DNA of 64,000 nucleotides from Gammaproteobacteria bacterium (GTDB lineage: Bacteria > Pseudomonadota > Gammaproteobacteria > JAJFKG01). The DNA lies in NCBI GenBank assembly GCA_021156325.1, contig JAJNDI010000004.1, positions 4,549-68,548 on the forward strand. Reading direction: 5' to 3'. Below, piece after piece: positions 61,902 through 64,000 of this stretch. The notes under the pieces were generated by a model. That model was given only the letters and a program-made list of their open reading frames with translations, was not told the origin of the DNA and ran no database searches. Made by a program: the position numbers and the translations under genes. How positions within the stretch are numbered: position 1 is the first letter of the stretch; each line of letters begins with the position of its first letter.

Positions 61902-62507
61902 ATGTCAGTATTAGTGGGGCGTCAAGCACCAGATTTTTGTGCAGCGGCAGTGTTGGGCGATGGACGTATCGTCAATGATTTTCAACTCTATAAAGAAATT
62001 AAAGGCCAATACGGCTTGCTTTTCTTTTATCCGCTGGATTTTACATTCGTGTGCCCCTCAGAATTAGTGGCGCTTGATCACCGTTTTGATGAATTTAAAA
62101 AACGTAAAGTATTGCCTGTCAGTGTTTCTATCGACTCCCAATTTACTCACCATGCCTGGCGTAATACTTCTCTTAAAAATGGCGGTATTGGGCAAGTTCG
62201 TTATCCCATGGTCGCTGACGTCAAACACAATATTGCACGCGCTTATGGCATTGAACATCCGGAAGCGGGTGTGGCTTTAAGAGGCGCATTCTTAATCGAT
62301 AAAGACACCATCGTTCGCGCACAAGTGGTGAATGATCTGCCGCTTGGCCGTAATGTGGATGAATTGCTTCGTTTAGTGGATGCGCTTCAATTTGTCGAAG
62401 AACACGGCGAAGTTTGTCCAGCTGGCTGGAACAAAGGCGATGCAGCTATCAAAGCAACACCGGAAGGCATCGCTAAATTCTTAGGTGAAAATAGCGAAGC
62501 GCTGTAA
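61902..62507 (+). CDS. ahpC: peroxiredoxin (AhpC/TSA family)
   Basis: 'FTFVCPSE' peroxidatic Cys and 'EVCPAGW' resolving Cys. Confidence 0.9.
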   Translation: MSVLVGRQAPDFCAAAVLGDGRIVNDFQLYKEIKGQYGLLFFYPLDFTFVCPSELVALDHRFDEFKKRKVLPVSVSIDSQFTHHAWRNTSLKNGGIGQVRYPMVADVKHNIARAYGIEHPEAGVALRGAFLIDKDTIVRAQVVNDLPLGRNVDELLRLVDALQFVEEHGEVCPAGWNKGDAAIKATPEGIAKFLGENSEAL

Positions 62508-62998
62508 ATCCCCCTGTTGCACGTAAACACGCACCTTCCTCCTTTTTCCAAGGGGGAATTTATTTCACTTCGTTTGAAAAAATCCCTAATGCGTACCCCC
62601 TTTGAAAAGGGGGCGATGTACGTTGCCGCCGTATATCGGGGGATTTTGAGCCACGCCGTTATGTTTAAAAACAGAACAATATTTTTTATTTTGAATTCTT
62701 TTTTTACAACATCGCCCATTTTTTGAAAAACCAACACACTTTCCAGGACTTAAGAGTTGCATACTCAATAGAAAAGCATTACACTGTGATTTGAGCTGGT
62801 TTTTAGCCAGTAACTTTTTTGTGCAGATAATGAGGATTGCGGGGAGCAATAAATCAAAGTTTGCACAAGCGATATGACAAAGACATTTCAGCAATGAAAG
62901 GTGTTTTTCATATTGCGAAGGGACGTATGTATCGTTATGATAGATACGTTTTCGCTGGGTAGCGTTTAACGTAAGAGTAACTTTTAAGGAGTTCGAGG

Positions 62999-64000
62999 AT
63001 GAAATTGAAATCAATCGTTGTTGCATCAGCGGTTTTCGTCTTGGGGCTCGGTGCGTCTGCGTATGCGTCAACGGGGGTAGCTTCTGCTTCTTCCAAGACG
63101 GATCCGCGTCAAGACATGACCGATCTTCAATCACGTTCAAGCCAAATTGAAGCAACGTTAAATCAAAATGAAGGCAGCGCCTTAGCGGCAAAGCCTTACT
63201 TGGGTGATGACTGGACCAAACGTGTAGTCGTCAGCGGTGAGTTGAATGTTGATGCCAAAGCACGCAGCACCTACGGGCCTACGGGTACTGGCGCAAGTGC
63301 CATCTCCCGATTCCAGGATGAAGGTTCTAGCGACATCTATCTCAACAATTCACAAATTGATATCGATGCGTTTGTTAACAGTTGGACACAAGCCCACATT
63401 TCTTTGACGGGCAATGATCCAATGGAACAAGATGCAGCTCGTTATAATTCCACTGGTGATAATGCGCCAATCAATTTGGATGAAGCGTATGTGACCGTTG
63501 GTAACCTGGACAAATATCCTGTCTATGGTACTTTCGGCCGTCAATATGTACCTTTCGGTATGTATGATCGTCATGCTATTGAGCCTTCATTGTCTCAATA
63601 CTTGAGTCAAACGCAAGCAACGGCTGCTAAAGTGGGTGTTGCAATGCCGATGGGTGTGTACGGGTCGCTCTATACTTTCCGCGGCAATACACATACAGCA
63701 ACCAGCACTGACTACAACATCAATGATTTTGGTGCTGAAGTCGGTTATGCCAACCATGTGAATGCAGGTTCTATGCCCTTGGGTTACCAGGTTAGCGTAG
63801 GTTACTTGCATAACCTGGCTGATGTAGACTGGATTTCTTATGTTGATTCTAGCGCGGGTGATCCTACCCCAGCAATGTCAGCAAATGCCAAGTTGACATC
63901 AGGTCCTTTCTCTCTGGCAGGTAATTATGTTACCGCCTTAGAAGATTTTGGAGTAGGCTCAGCTGTTAATGGTGATTCACCTTGGGCGTTTGACCTAACC
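62999..64000 (+). CDS. outer-membrane porin-like protein (signal peptide, beta/aromatic-rich), 3'-truncated by window end
   Basis: The ORF runs stop-free from the ATG at 62999 to the window end and is absent from the ORF track for that reason. It has a signal peptide 'MKLKSIVVASAVFVLGLGASAYA' and an alternating polar/aromatic composition. Confidence 0.55.
   Translation, partial: MKLKSIVVASAVFVLGLGASAYASTGVASASSKTDPRQDMTDLQSRSSQIEATLNQNEGSALAAKPYLGDDWTKRVVVSGELNVDAKARSTYGPTGTGASAISRFQDEGSSDIYLNNSQIDIDAFVNSWTQAHISLTGNDPMEQDAARYNSTGDNAPINLDEAYVTVGNLDKYPVYGTFGRQYVPFGMYDRHAIEPSLSQYLSQTQATAAKVGVAMPMGVYGSLYTFRGNTHTATSTDYNINDFGAEVGYANHVNAGSMPLGYQVSVGYLHNLADVDWISYVDSSAGDPTPAMSANAKLTSGPFSLAGNYVTALEDFGVGSAVNGDSPWAFDLT

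Overview
This 64-kb window reads as chromosomal DNA from a Legionellales-type gammaproteobacterium. The gene content and repeat families fit Coxiella burnetii or a close relative, but that is an inference from gene content, not from any search.

Gene density is high, mostly housekeeping, with many ATGA-type start/stop overlaps and little non-coding space.

- **Housekeeping genes recognised:** a HlyD-family T1SS adaptor, cysC, fumC, a GT39 glycosyltransferase, parC, the complete EF-P beta-lysylation trio (epmB / efp / epmA), ihfB and speE.
- **Nucleoside catabolism:** cdd–punA–deoC with a divergent phosphorylase.
- **Central metabolism and core functions:** pckA, pgi, trxA–rho–hemB, folK–pcnB, one tRNA-Glu(CUC), an arginase plus ornithine aminotransferase pair, and an acyl-CoA desaturase.
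- **Stringent-response operon:** gmk–rpoZ–spoT, where RpoZ carries a long acidic C-terminal tail.
- **Accessory-looking stretch (about 46–63 kb):** MFS, POT and Bcr-type transporters, two GNATs, a PhzF-family protein, a YciI-like protein and an atypical DsbB homologue. It continues with a 985-aa AT-rich orphan protein next to a GT-B glycosyltransferase and a sodB–grxD–(beta-helix/TM/Cys-rich protein)–ahpC redox cluster. The window ends in a truncated porin-like outer-membrane gene.

The features most worth a second look fall into four groups.

1. An isolated DotU(IcmH)–IcmF-like pair. The IcmF homologue is short, and a palindromic repeat supplies the DotU ORF's 3' end.
2. Several non-coding repeat families:
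   - a ~100-bp MITE-like element (2 copies, one abutting the tRNA);
   - a REP-like palindromic element built around a GCTGCGCAGC core (at least 5 full or partial copies, mostly at convergent gene ends);
   - a ~140-nt diverged repeat upstream of both rho and the POT transporter;
   - a CCYCC-Tn-AAA-GGRGG hairpin family.
3. Three AT-rich orphan proteins that look like secretion-substrate candidates.
4. A DsbB variant missing the Cys104/Cys130 loop but carrying an extra transmembrane helix and a C-terminal CX4C, and a candidate ~75-nt antisense-strand sRNA with its own -10 box and intrinsic terminator.

There are no CRISPR arrays, transposases or rRNA genes in the window. I found no canonical defence system; the undescribed-system candidates are the repeat families, the icmH–icmF-like pair and the orphan ORFs, and their significance is unproven.

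My hand-derived coordinates may be off by 1–2 nt. Near 60,060–60,100 my reading of the printed sequence disagrees with the ORF track by one base; I followed the track for ORF boundaries.
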